From NCBI GenBank assembly GCA_950097015.1, contig CATNEN010000012.1:558001-622000 (forward strand): a DNA stretch of 64,000 nt, read 5' to 3'. This stretch comes from Macrostomum hystrix (Eukaryota; Animalia; Platyhelminthes). The first letter of the stretch is position 1. The number at the start of each line of letters is the position of its first letter. The translations under genes and the position numbers were made by a program. Positions 12,878 to 26,455 of this stretch are shown here, in pieces. Below the pieces are notes generated by a model. The model saw only the letters and a list, made by a program, of their open reading frames with translations. It had not been told where the DNA came from and did no database searches.

Positions 12878-14313
12878 AGCTGGGATATTTGAGATGCTAT
12901 GAGCTGGGATATTTGAGATGCTATGAGCTGGGATATTTGAGATGCTATGAGCTGGGATATTTGAGATGCTATGAGCTTGGATATTTGAGATACTATGAGC
13001 TGGGATATTTGAGATGCTATAAGCTGGGATATTTGAGATACTATGAGCTTGGATATTTGAGATGCTATGAGCTGGGATATTTGAGATGCTATGAGCTGGG
13101 ATATTTGAGATGCTTTGAGCTGGGATATTTGAGATGCTATGAGCTTGGATATTTGAGATGCTATGAGCTGGGATATTTGAGATGCTATGAGCTGGGATAT
13201 TTGAGATGCTGTGAGCTTGGATATTTGAGACGCTATGAGCTTGGATATTTGAGATGCTATGAGCTGGGATATTTGAGATGCTATGAGATGGGATATTTGA
13301 GATGCTATGAGCTGGGATATTTGAGATACTATGAGCTGGGATATTTGAGATGCTATGAGATGGGATATTTGAGATGCTATGAGCTGGGATATTTGAGATG
13401 CTATGAGCTGGGATATTTGAGATGCTATGAGCTGGGATATTTGAGATGCTATGAGCTTGGATATTTGAGATGCTATGAGCTGGGATATTTTAGACGCTAT
13501 GAGCTGGGATATTTGAGATGCTAGAGCTGGGATATTTGAGATGCTATAGCTGGGATATTTTAGACGCTATGAGCTGGGATATTTGAGATGCTAGAGCTGG
13601 GATATTTGAGATGCTATGAGCTGGGATATTTGAGATGCTAGAGCTGGGATATTTGAGATGCTATGAGATGGGATATTTGAGATGCTATGAGCTGGGATAT
13701 TTGAGATGCTATGAGATGGGATATTTGAGATGCTATGAGCTGGGATATTTGAGATACTATGAGCTGGGATATTTGAGATGCTAGAGCTTGGATATTTGAG
13801 ATGCTAGAGCTTGGATATTTGAGATGCTATGAGCTGGGATATTTGAGATACTATGAGCTGGGATATTTGAGATGCTAGAGCTGGGATATTTGAGATGCTA
13901 GAGCTGGGATATTTTAGACGCTATGAGCTGGGATATTTGAGATGCTAGAGCTGGGATATTTGAGATGCTAGAGCTGGGATATTTTAGACGCTATGAGCTG
14001 GGATATTGAGATGCTATGAGCTGGGATATTTGAGATGCTGTGAGCTGGGATATTTGAGATGCTATGAGCTGGGATATTTGAGATGCTATGAGATGGTATA
14101 TTTGAGATGCTAGAGCTGGGATATTTGAGATTCTATATGAGCTGTAATATTTGAGATGCTATGAGCTGGGATATTTGAGATGCTATGAGATGGGATATTT
14201 GAGATGCTAGAGCTGGGATATTTGAGATTCTATATGAGCTGTAATATTTGAGATGCTATGAGCTGGGATATTTGAGATGCTAGAGCTGGGATATTTTAGA
14301 CGCTATGAGCTGG
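12878..14313. repeat. 24-bp minisatellite (GAGCTGGGATATTTGAGATGCTAT), about 60 copies
   Basis: Period 24, with 2-bp-deleted units in the right half. Confidence 0.97.
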
Positions 14314-15276
14314 TAGTAATAACAGTGATATGAGCCTTTGAGTCCTTTCTTATCCACCCTAACCTGGTTTGTTTGAAAGTTGGTGCATTTGAGATTTAAA
14401 AAACTGCTCTTGGCAGGGTATTTGATAATACGTCTTGCGTCTTATAGACAGAGTCCAGGGATAATCCATACAGAAGGGAATGACACGTCCGAGGCACAAA
14501 AGTACACGAGACCAGACATTCAGAGCGGACTACTGTAATACTGTTTTAATCTTAGCCAGTTGCCTCCTCCTTAGCTCACACGGGATCGGAATGCACAGAG
14601 ATTTAGAGGGGCCGGCTCAGACCTCTAGAGAAGAGCTAATAGCCAAACTCGGCAATACCGTTTTTTGCCGGTGCAGCTTTCTGAGTCACCTCCCCCCTGA
14701 TTAGAGGGGCTGAGCAGGAGAGAGCGCTAGGGTGAGGCCATACATTGAGGCGAAGCGAGGTCTAGTTGCTGCGGCGTGTCTGTCCCCCCTATCTCTCTGC
14801 TCCTACTTGAGTTGGGTAACAGTCTTTGCGCAAACCTGGGATCCGAATCCCACACACTGAGCTTGAGAGGGGCTTGCTTTAGGGGAAAAAGGGCATAAAA
14901 GTATGCAGAAGGACGGGATAGATCTCGTCTTTACTTCCCCTGTGACAGCATGAGGGACTTGACGGCACACACACACACACACTGTCTCTCTCTCTTCAAT
15001 CTTTCTATTTGTTTTTAACAGTCCAATTCAAGCCAACAAACGCTTACTTCTATTATAGAATGAATTTTTCTTGCAGCAGAACAACACCAATCTGAAGCAT
15101 TTTTTAACGATTGCAATCAATTGATTGATTGACACCTTGTGACGCGCAAATCACCAAAAGTTCGGAGAATAATTTATCGCAATTAGCATAAGCTGGGATT
15201 TTCTAAATAATTACAATAACAGCTACCAATAAGATTGAATAGGATTCAATTTTAACAAAATTGAATTTCAACTTAC

Positions 15277-15630
15277 GTTTTTTCGTTTCGATCTATCGAA
15301 CGGCCTGGAGAGGCAAGCGATTTCGGCTCGTGGATTATTACGCGTATTTAGTCTTCTGAAATTATTCAGAAAAAATTAAAACGGACGAAGCAGACGTTCC
15401 TAAATTCCCAAATGAATCAATAATTTTTAGAGCACATCGAGATTCAAGTAGGAAATTCTGTGACTCGACAATTCCGAGCTTTCACTCTTCACTTTAGAGA
15501 CAGGTAAATAATATGCAGTGCAGCCGCGAGTGCAGCCAATGGCAGCGAATGAGCCAAGCCAGCCTGCTCAGTGCTCAGAGGCTACACAGCTGTGACTGCT
15601 CAGCCTGGACCAATGACGTTTCCGGGAAAA
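15277..15630 (-). promoter_or_regulatory. Candidate promoter and non-coding first exon (possibly of PCBP)
   Basis: CCAAT at about 15536 and 15609, TGACGT and TTCCGG at about 15613-15625, and a minus-strand GTAAGT donor at 15276-15271. Inference from motif clustering only. Confidence 0.3.
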
Positions 15631-16849
15631 GGGTGTATTTTGTGATTTTTTCATTTTTTTGCTTAACTCAACTGAATTACGAGGTAGTTTAACTTAACTA
15701 AACTGAACTAAAAAAACTCGAAGTTTTTTATCAGCGGATCTGGCCAAAAATTTGGCTGAAGTAAAAGATTCAAATTGCTAAAAATAGAACAGCAGATCAT
15801 CTAACACCATCACGTGACGATTTAAAACGTTAAAAATAGACTGCTAGTCCCAACTAGCAAACATCGTTTAAAGATTAAAGTTGCTAAAAATAGAACAGAA
15901 AACCCATCTAACACCACGTGACTTAAGATTCTAAAAATCGACTTACAGTACCATTTAGTAAACATCACGTGACGATTTTAAATGCAAAAAATAGACTGCA
16001 AGTCTCAACTAGCGAATATTGCGTGGCTATTAAGATGCTAAAGATATTCTCGTTGATTTACAGCCTAAACATAATGAGACAATTTGAATAAACGTACGAA
16101 ACTTACCTATTTGCTAATCCAGCCAAGATCACGCAAGTTTCTACACTAGGAATGGCAGGTATGGCATCGGCGTGTGTGCAAACAAAGCCTTAAAAACTGC
16201 TTCTGTTGAGTCTGAGCTGCTAAGCTGCTGGTGCTGCAGGTCAGGCCCCGAAATGAAAGCTGTAGCTAATCTCTGATCTACCCGGAGGGCGGAGAAGCAG
16301 GCGATAGTATTTTGCGAATTCTTGAACAACTCCGCATACACACGCAGCTGACAGGGGTGAGCTAATCAGGGAAGATGAAAAGATGAGAGGCCATAATATA
16401 ATCCCCCCAGCACCCACTGCCTGACTCAACTCCCGACGGCGCTTTCAAAAGATTTCCCGTCTTTACCCCTCCCTCCCCAGCGAGTCCTTTGAATTCCACT
16501 GCAGGAGGGGGGACTCCTGACGACACAGAAGAGCCATCGGCCATCCACACATTGGATTACCCTCGGACTAGTAGGAAGAGCACTTCCTTTTACATTAATT
16601 AATTTCCTGTCCGTTGCAATGCGACATTGCTGCGAGCTTCCTTCAGAGCCGGATCTTATTTGTGACTCTAAGAAGCAACACAGCTTTTAGGATCCCAGCG
16701 TGAGCACAGATAACCAACTGGGATTAGCATATGAAACATCAACATCTAATACCATCCAGCTGGGTTAAATCATATTTGACACATAGGTTCACTGGCTTTC
16801 GTTAATTTTTTCTGGTTCCATGACCGTTTCTAGTTCTAGTTTCATTCTT

Positions 16850-17335
16850 GATTTCGATCTAGTTTCATTCTTGATCTAGTTCCATGGTCACAGATCTAGT
16901 TCCGTGGTCCCAGGTCTAGTTCCATGGTTTCAGGTCTAGTTCCATGGTCACAAATCTAGTTCCGTGGTCCCAGGTCTAGTTCCATGGTCCCAGGTCTAGT
17001 ACCATGGTCTCAGGTCTAGTTCCATGGTCCCAGGTCTAGTTCCATGGTCACAGATCTAGTTCCGTGGTCCCAGGTCTAGTTCCATGGTCCCAGGTCTAGT
17101 ACCATGGTCTCAGGTCTAGTTCCATGGTCCCAGGTCTAGTTCCATGGTCACAGATCTAGTTCCGTGGTCCCAGGTCTAGTTCCATGATCCCAGGTCTAGT
17201 TCCATGGTCCCAGGTCTAGTTCCATGATCCCAGGTCTAGTTCCCTGGTCCCAGGTCTAGTTCCATGGTCTCAAGTCTAGTTCCATGTTCCCAGGTCTAGT
17301 TCCATGGTCCCAGGTCTAGTTCCATGGGCCCAGGG
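16850..17335. repeat. 20-bp minisatellite (GGTCCCAGGTCTAGTTCCAT)
   Basis: Direct inspection. Confidence 0.95.
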
Positions 17336-17827
17336 TCCAGAATTAAACAGAAGCGAAGTACTCGTTGGCTTCAAGAAACAACCAGATGACCCGAGTTGAC
17401 CCCCCTGCAGGTGAAAGCCCAATTGAGGCATAATTCCAATAGTCAGCTGGGCAAAATTGTAACAGAAAAAACACAACGGGGACACTACCAGCTGGTTTCG
17501 CCGGCCAATTGTGTAAAACTGAAAATACACGAAAATTGCATTTACACACCGCCAAGTACACCGCACTGCCACGCGACTGTAAAAACTACTGTCGTCGTCT
17601 TATAACGAATTAAACCAGTACAATAACAAACATCAATATTGCTACTTTTCTAATAGCTTGGCTTTATAATGCCCCCGTTAATAGGGTCGCGGTCAATGCA
17701 ATCGTCAAAGGTAAAAGGGCTTCCGAATGTTTGTTCTGAATGGGACATGCTGCTCTTAACCTATACTCGCTTGTGATTAACTCGATTCAGACTCAACTAA
17801 TCAATGTCTCAACCAGCCGGCCCAACT

Positions 17828-17996
17828 TCCCTACCCTCTCACCCACTTCCTTACCCTCTCACCCACTTCCTTACCCTCTCACCCACTTCCTTACCCTCTC
17901 ACCCACTTCCTTTCCCTCTCACCCACTTCCTTACCCTCTCACCTACTTCCTTACCATCTCACCGACTTCCTTACCCTCTTATCCACTTCCTTACCC
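17828..17996. repeat. 20-bp minisatellite (CTTACCCTCTCACCCACTTC)
   Basis: Direct inspection. Confidence 0.9.
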
Positions 17997-18362
17997 CCTT
18001 ACACATCTCGCTTTAAAAATCGAAAAGAATATAGTTTTTCTTTTCTGTTACAATTGACATGAAAAACCAGTTCGACAATTCGTATTTTATTAGAAAACAA
18101 ACACGCTGGAGATTATCAGGCAAAATAGTATAAACACGAGTATCGCATTTGTATTTCCAAATATGAGACCAAACAGCTGTCTATAATTTATCACGTTACT
18201 ACTTGCAGTAGTGAAATAGATTCTAGCAAGAAAAGGAAGTGTGTTTTTAGCGAGAAAATAAACACAATGTCACGGCAGAATTTAAGACAACAGAAATGCA
18301 GATTTTCTATTGACGAAAACATTTTGTCGTTTTCACCAAAACAATTGTTTGCAACTATTTTG

Positions 18363-18965
18363 TCAATGGCCAGCCGCGGCGGCTGTGGACTCCACAGCAG
18401 CCAGAGCTTCGCGCAGCTGCGCCAGCAGATCCTGCATCTGATGCCGGCTGCAGCTCAGGCGCAACAGTGGCGCTGATGAATCAGGCGTGCCCGAGCCGAG
18501 GCGGTCGGTTTGAATTTCCAGGCGGTATTCCAGGCCAGACTGCTGCTGCTGATCCCTGCCTAGCTGCCAGTCCAATCGCCAGTCGACTCCAACAATGTGC
18601 GGCAGCCGGCCGGGTGTCAAATGCGCGGCTGGCACGGCGGCAGCATTGCTGACGAAGACAATATCTGTGGCCGACTTTGCGAATGCGGCCAAGTGTTGGC
18701 CAGAGAGCCCGCGCTCCTCTAGTGCAGTTAGGAGCGTTGATAATGGCTGACGCTGGCTCAGTGCCTCAGCAAGTGCAGCCACTAACACTGTGGCGGCCTC
18801 CTTCTCAGCGGGATCCGATGGCGGCGTGCCCTTGATGCTGCCAGCAGAGGCGCCAGTTGCTGCTAGGCAGAGATGGCAGGCTGAGTCGCACAGCTGGGCA
18901 AACCTAGCCAAAGGCAGCTGTTGGGAGGCTGATAGAACTGCTTCAAACCTGTGAGGCAAATCCAT
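18363..18965 (-). CDS. COMMD3: COMM domain-containing protein 3 (single coding exon, 200 aa)
   Basis: C-terminal COMM domain RLPHIVGVDWRLDWQL...SCSRHQMQDLLAQLREA matches the COMMD3 pattern LPHITDVSWRLEYQI...SCSMEQLQDLVGKLKDA as recalled; typical COMMD length. Confidence 0.88.
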   Translation of the reverse strand: MDLPHRFEAVLSASQQLPLARFAQLCDSACHLCLAATGASAGSIKGTPPSDPAEKEAATVLVAALAEALSQRQPLSTLLTALEERGLSGQHLAAFAKSATDIVFVSNAAAVPAAHLTPGRLPHIVGVDWRLDWQLGRDQQQQSGLEYRLEIQTDRLGSGTPDSSAPLLRLSCSRHQMQDLLAQLREALAAVESTAAAAGH

Positions 18966-20638
18966 TGTGCAGACAGAGTGGCTGAAAGAAAGGAAACAAC
19001 AGTTAGCAAGGGAAGTGTAGGCCCCATAATGTATGTTTTCTATGTGAAGAAGATTAAGAAGCTAAAAAGCCACTTTTGTTTTATAACTATTCATTTGTTG
19101 CTTGTGAAATAAACAAAAATAATGAAGATCATATTTAAGAATATGGAGCCCTGACAGCAAAAAGTATTTATACAGAGCAATTTTGCCTGAGTAGCTATTA
19201 ATTGTAGCCATAATAGACAAAATAAGAAAATGGTTCTAAAAGTCTATGGACCTATAATGACATATTTAACTACTGAGTCATACATTGCGTCTAGCTACCT
19301 CAATTTGTGTACATCAAAGCTGTAGTATAACCTGATAGACTTAGGCTTATTTTAAATTAATATTATGTCATGACAAAGGGACATAAAGGATTGAAGGAGC
19401 AAGAAAAGTTACAAATTAAGCTATTATTGGAAGGCTATGCAGATCAAACAATTGTTGATGTTAAGTATTTAAGAGCTAACTGGGGGAATCAAAGCAAAGC
19501 AATTTGGAAAACATCCATAACATACAACTTACAGCTTTTTTATCAGAATTTGTAACTAGACGAACAAACTAAATAATATCAATTGATATGTATACAGTCT
19601 ACATGATGCATGATTGCAAAAGTATTATTTGAAAGTATAGTTAAAAGATAGAAAAGATGCCTTCATGATTTACACGAATTGGCAATTGGAACGTCAAAAA
19701 ACTGAACACATACATGCACGATGCACTCGTGTCAGCAAGCCGAGCAAGGTCTTGTCTTGTGTCGATAAAATAACTTTAATTGTGCATCGATAAAGGTTAT
19801 GCTTATGCTTATGCTTAGTTCTTATGCTTATGCTTTGGAAATAAATGCTGGATAGAAAATAGAGACTTCAAAAAACCTCAATTTTTTTACTATGAGGCAG
19901 AAAGATTTTTTTAGTTAATTATATACTCAGAGGATTTCTTAAGGCAACAGTTTTGGTTTACTGCTGTGGTTAGCTTTCGTGAGGCACCTGTTTAAAATTT
20001 CTGATATATATCAGCTCCGACGGGTCCATCAAGGTAACTGGTGCGCGGACTTAATTATCACTGTATACAACTGTATACAACACAGAGAGCAACTATATTA
20101 TGCTTTGCTTAGTTTCTTAAAATTAAAAAAGTGTTCGAATAAGTACATTAATAGTTTTTGGAAACTTATTTACGACAAGCAAACCTTTCAATAGATAGTT
20201 AATACAACAACTTAAGTTGAACAATCACTGCTATGTCTTATAATTTCGATTTTCAACCTGTTTGCAAAGACAATTTACTTTCTATCTTAGCAAAAGTTGA
20301 TCGTCGTTATGGTACACCTATGAATAGCCATCATATTGTGTCTAATCTGCCCCATATTTTTATTGCAAGGTAAAAGAGATTCTGATATGCAGACTGCTCA
20401 ACTGTGACAATTGCTCCTTCTGAAATTGGCAAAGTTTATAGGTTACTTTAATAATAAACCACTGATGAGGCACTTTGCATTTGCCCTCATAAATCCAAGC
20501 CAAGGCTGTGTGTGTTTCTATCCTAGAGGCCAATAAACCTTCTCTCTTAATTAACTTTCACTTGAAATACAAGCTTGTATGTTAGCTAAAAAACTTTTTT
20601 AAGCCACTAACTTTTATAATTACCATTCTAATTTTCAG

Positions 20639-23562
20639 GCAGCTGATCATTACTAACCAAAAAATTGTGATTGCTCCAAGCATTGATCCAGCTAACACAC
20701 ACATGATAATAATTGGAGAGGTAATATAAAAAAGTTTAAAAGGCCATTTTTTACTTAACTTGTTATGCTCTATCATGATATTATAGCCATTCTATTGTTT
20801 GTTTTAATATTCCATTAAGGAATTTTCTTAACAGTGGGAAGGCGTTTTATGGGTATATTCTTTCATGGACAAATGCACACTTATTCAGAAAAACAATAGT
20901 TGTAATATATAAACCATCACTAAGAGCCTTCAAAGGCTTAATGAATGTTGTTTTTAAAGTGTATAAAACGAATAGATTTTAAGTTGCTTACTATTTCATT
21001 TTGCTTTTTAGTAAATAAAGACAAAAGTGAAACATTTATCGACTAAGCTGATGCCACTTTACTTTTTAGTCTACCTATATGAGACAACCAGAGATCACCA
21101 ACAGGATCAAGAATCTTAAACTGACTGTAAGTAACTTTTGGTGATTTATATTTATGAGATATTCAATTTAAGCCTAGTTGCAATAAACCCTTTCCTTAGG
21201 TTTTGGCAACTGGCAAATGCAGTCAGGGAGACCTTGAGAATGCTTTGAAGTTTACAGTGCAGACTAGACTGAGCACTGGCTGGGCTCAGTGCAGCGACAT
21301 TCTATTACAAGGTAATTATATTTTTTCTTTTTAGCTGCCACAATTAAATGAATGCAACTTTTTCCTTCTTTTCACTTCTTACAGAAAATGTGTTTTAAGT
21401 TCTACTGCCAGTAGTGCAAATAAAAATATCTTTCTTGGCACTTATCATCTATACAAAATTCTTTTACATGTAGTCACATAGTATATATGCATTTTTTCTT
21501 GATTGCTATGCTTCCATAACAGAACAATATATTATAGTATCGCTTGATTTAATTTAAGTGAAGCTCTTTGGGAAACCTAGAAAAACGGCTGGGCGATATG
21601 CTTTTTTAATCTTAAGAATCGTATTACATTATAACTTTAAAACCAACTGTTTGCTTCCAGGCTATGAGTTCCTTAATCCGACTAACCGAGCTTCGATTCT
21701 CGGAGTTAGTAAGTTTCGCAGACAAATATTCTTTCAAATGTATTGAGTTTGCTCAGGGATATTTTTAAGCAGTAGATTGTGTCTCTTCTTTCAAGAGTTC
21801 AACTTCTTTTACTCTGAGAGCAGTCTGAAGATGGTTGTGAAGGCGGAGAGCTCGCTACTGCCAAACTTTTCTGTAAGAGCCAGTTGTCTAATTTGAAGCT
21901 ACTTTTTTATAATTTTCTTTGAACGGCCAATCAGTGTATATTGAAAAGACAATGTCGTTACATTCACCTATCATTTGGCTGAAAATGAAAGCTCGTATCT
22001 ATCTTCGTTAATATCTTAAACATTCCAAATCCAGGTGAAGGAGCTCGGCATTCCACCTGAGGTTGTCTCTGGCTTTCTGAACACGCCCGACGGCTTCATA
22101 CTTGAGGACCATATTCCGAATCGCTGGGTTCACGTTCTACCGACGTGAGCATCGCATCCTGCTGGCCATAGTTTGCCTCAATATTTTACTTATCCCTCTT
22201 TTATTAGAAACACTTTGTATGTCTTAAGAGTCTGCTCCCACAAAACTTTAGAGCAGGTCTTAACTGTGCTTCCAGAGACCTTCTGTAGCTCTTAACTTTC
22301 TATTTTTTAATAACCTTGAGGGGTAATAATTCAGCTCATAAACTCAACTACTAGCGGTCTTTCGGAAATTTTATATTCCAGCATGAAGAAAGGTGAAATT
22401 GTGGAAATCCGCAAGACCCTTCCTATTGGCGCGCCTTTCAATTCCTACGAGGAGCTTAAGATCTACTGGCTGAGTCTGGTGAGTATTTCTCGCGTGACAG
22501 ACCCAGCTGAAGTCTGCTAATCAAGTTTTTGTACACACGAAGAGACGTTGATCATAGTTAAAGTGCCATATCAATGCCCCGTTGCTATTCGTGCAGTACG
22601 GCTACCAGCTTCCACCCAACGAGTCGGACATCTACTACGTGCAGGTGTTGTTCCGCCTGATCTCGCCGGAACCTCTCACCTATCCGTCCTGCTGCATCCG
22701 GCCCGGTGGTCTTCGCCCAACCGCTAGCCACGACCGACTGCCGACCAACGTAGTGCGTCAATTTGTCCTCGACACTCTGCGCCAGTCCCGACAACTTTTG
22801 TCCGACTTTGAGCTGCATTTGATTGATCCCAGAGTCGCTGGGACCCCTGTGGGCGCAGCTAATGCAACGACGTCCACTGCCAGCCAATACTGCGATCGCC
22901 TGACTCAAAGCCAAGCGCCACCTGCCGCAGCTACGGCAGGCGTGAAGCGATCGGCAGACGCTTCTAGGGTTGATGCAAACACCGGATACAGCGCTGACGG
23001 CCTTGCTCTGCGACGTCAAGACAACTACTGCTATCCAGGTTTCTACCGTGATTACGAAACCAAGTCACAGGGACGGAATCGCTTTTATGATAGCTACAAC
23101 CAAGGTCGCAGTTGCAACGATACAACTTTCATCGAGGGTCGCAACCTCGAGGAAGGCAGCAACTCCCAGGGCCGCAACCGCGAGGAAGGAAGCTACTCCC
23201 AGGGTCGCAACCTCGAGGAAGGCAGCAACTCCCAGGGCCGCAACCGCGAGGAAGGAAGCTACTCCCAGGGCCGCAACCGCGAGGAAGGAAGCTACTCCCA
23301 GGGCCGCAACCGCGAGGAAGGAAGCTACTCCCAGGGCCGCAACCGCGAGGAAGGCAGCTACTCCCAGGGCCGCAACCGCGAGGAAGGAAGCTACTCCCAG
23401 GGCCGCAACCGCGAGGAAGGCAGCAACTCCCAGGGTCTCAGCCGCGATCAAGACGGCTACGGTCAGGATCGCAACAGAGAAGACGACGCCGACTCTGATG
23501 GCCCATCTGCGGCTAAGCAGCCTCGTGCCCGTCAATTGATTGACTACGCCAACGAGCAGTGA
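20639..23562 (+). CDS. C18orf63: C18orf63-like / DUF4708 protein; first exon(s) not resolved
   Basis: Phase-consistent GT-AG exons: 20639-20720 (QLIITNQKIVIAPS...), 21070-21126, 21200-21311 (LENALKFTVQTRLSTGWAQCSDILLQG), 21661-21708, 21796-21872, 22035-22144 (NRWVHVLPT), 22382-22478 (MKKGEIVEI...PFNSYEELKIYWLSL), 22597-23562 (YGYQLP...LTYPSCCIR...). The motifs are colinear with recalled human C18orf63 ([44 protein letters not shown]). Confidence 0.82.
23134..23430 (+). repeat. Coding 33-bp tandem repeat, 9 copies of (Q/E)GRN(R/L)EEGS(Y/N)S
   Basis: In frame within the last exon of the DUF4708 gene. Confidence 0.95.
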
Positions 23563-26455
23563 AAGAAATACGTCCGGTCTTGTGAACGAATGGTAATGTG
23601 CTGACGATGTAACTAACTTTAGTTAACAGGTGGTGGGGTTTTGTCATTTTTTCCCTTTAGCCTTTTTGTAAGACACTATCGACAGAGCTAATTTTTTGAT
23701 AAACTTTTTTGGCAGCTCGAATCGAGCCATACTACGTTCTCAGTTAAAGATTTAAGCCATTTTTGGTCCTTTATACAGATCGTTTTTTTACTTTAATTAG
23801 TTCAAGTTTTTTAAGTTTGTATCGCCTACTTACTTTACGATACTATTAATATTTATTTAGTTTGTGCCTGTTTTGGCTTTTAAGTGTGTTGTGTTATCAT
23901 CTGTGTATAGTTACTTTTATATTAAACATACTCGTAATTCAACATTTGTAGTAAAACTCGGGTTCTAACTCGTTTGTTAACACATTCGACTTTGATAGAT
24001 TGTTGCTGAGGCGACGGTTTGCAAAAAAGTCTACTAGCATCTGTTAATCAATCCCATAGCAGGATGTAATGGTATCAACGTCTCGTATTTATATATGTTC
24101 AGTTTCTCTTCAATATTGCTACATAAAGTTTTACAATTATGCTGATTGAGTAACCTCGGTTTAATAAATTTTTATACGTTCTTTTCCTACTGTTTTTCGT
24201 TGTTGTTTTTTGCTATTACAGTAGGCACGTCTTTTGGCTACCTGCTTTGCCCGATGTTTTGTTTTCGTTTTACATGTTTTTTGCAATTTTCTCCTACATA
24301 CTTTGGATGTTCGTAACGCGTGCCTATTATCTCACGCGTATCGGTGGTGAAAGTTAATAAAAATGTTACTTTCTCTCAAAATTTTGTCTTTAAAATGTCT
24401 CTGGTAGTAAATTAGTGCCACTTGACAGTTAAACAGTTAACAGCTTAACTCAGCTAAAATAGCCCTGGCCGCCAACCAGGATTTAAAGAACATCTGGTCC
24501 AAAGGAGTTTTTTAGACTCAAGAACAGAGGAGATTAATTGTTTTAAATTCAATTAATTTGCATGCATGTAATCTAGCGTCCCATGATGCTTCACGGGACA
24601 AAAACACTGGATACAATAAATCTCTTAGATCTGTCCGTGTGTCTTACCTGTCCGTCTGTCGGGCTGTCTGTCTGTTCCCCTCAAGCATATATATATAATA
24701 GTTCGCATCTTACCATTAGCTAGCAATATTGGAGTCCAAAAGAACTCGGGTCAAGGTCAAGGTGTCAATCGATGTGCTATCAAGATGCGTTTAAGCGATC
24801 AGCTATTGACGATTATTCAATTGTTAAAGCATTAAGAGGTAAAATGTCAGTGGTCTTCATTCGCTCGTATATTTCTCGGAATTAGCTTCTATCCACATTT
24901 TTCTTAGTTTTTAAACTAAAATCAAAATTTATAATTAATAAAGCTGCGTAATTTCCTTTACTTAAAAAAGGTTTGTTTCTGAAACTTTCAAAATACAATA
25001 AATGGAAATCTTCGGTTGCCCTACAGCTGTTCGTTCTCGCACGAATTTAAATCAAGGATCAGTTGACATCGTGCCCAGTGTTAAAGTATTAATTACTATT
25101 TCCTTTCTTAATTAAGATTCGCGCATATATGTGGATTAATGGAGTGGACATATAATATGCCCCAACAGCTATTGATTGTGTTTAATTTAAGCGTTTCGCT
25201 ATTTCTTTAACGGAAAACAAATTTCTACTATTTAGGCACGGCACGAGCACGACTAAGCTTAGTTCTTAAAATAAAAAAAGAAGTACTTGGGGAAAATAAT
25301 GTGCCAGGGTCTTCAAAAAACTATAATGACATAAAACAGACCTACTTCAAGCTACCAAGAATTAAGAAATAGAAAATATTTGTATCAAAGCACAAATGCA
25401 CATAGCATGATTAGCTATACTTTTTAGATATTAGGCCTACTGCATACTTTTTCTAAACTAGATCCTAGCCTTAAGTAATATTACATGTATTGTGTAATTT
25501 TTATGAATATTTTTGGTCAGCTTTCTTTGATTTGGTTAGCTTATGTCGTAGAGCTCTTTGTGTTAAAATATTTAGTTTTCATTTATTAAAAACCTTACTA
25601 TATTACACTGAATTGGCTTTAGAAATATTTTTTTATTTCTAGGCTTCTAGTGGACTGAATTTGTCCAACCTCACACATAGTGCTCCTTCACATAGGATTT
25701 TATCCCAAAATTTATTATCACAAAAATTTACTGACTTGTTTAGAGTTTCTCTGACCTGCTTTTCTCTCTTCAAATAACAAACACAGAAACACATTGAAAG
25801 CTTTTCTCTTTACTTGAAACTAACTTTCTCTCAGGCACCAAGAAATAGGCAAATGTTTAGCTCTTGCAAGTGGCTATATTTATACATTATTTTTGGAGTG
25901 GGCATCCAATGTATTTAAACAAAGATAAATCTATATATATAAAAGTGAAAACTCTGTCTGTGTGTGTGTGTGTCTGTCTGTGTGTGTGCAACCTTTTGTC
26001 TTTATAGACGCCGAAACCGCTCAACCAAATCGCACCAAACTTTGCACATACCTAAAACCACCTACGCTGAGTGCAATAGGCTACTCAAATTCCCGAAAAA
26101 TCATTTCCTTCCTGCTCAAAAGTGCAAAAAACTGCTCAAAATCGTCAAAAAAATCACTCAATTCGAGATATCGTCGCCCCACTTTGTCAGATTTTCTCCA
26201 AATTTGATCCACTTACACTTTACATGTTTTCCAACAATGCTGTCAATTTTGAACATCTCTACTCAATCCAGAGCAAAGCTGCATCATCTCAAAGTGAGTC
26301 ACTTTTTGTTTTCCGAGGACAGCCACCCCAACTCCCCTGCGCCACTCTGCGGGCCAAATTTTATTACAGCCACCCCCTCCCTTCCCCGGGCGCCGGAACC
26401 CCAGACTGTACATTGTATTTCAAGCCGTGAATGTACACAGCCCAAACCCCTAGAC

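Noticed and set aside
8100-13524. Pro-, Gly/Arg-, MIEFVLD- and YELGYLRC-repeat ORFs
   Set aside because: All coincide with minisatellites or microsatellites.
20290-20440. Two putative DUF4708 first exons separated by a 23-nt intron
   Set aside because: The frame is consistent, but the intron is implausibly short and the downstream donor (GTTACT) is weak; left unassigned.
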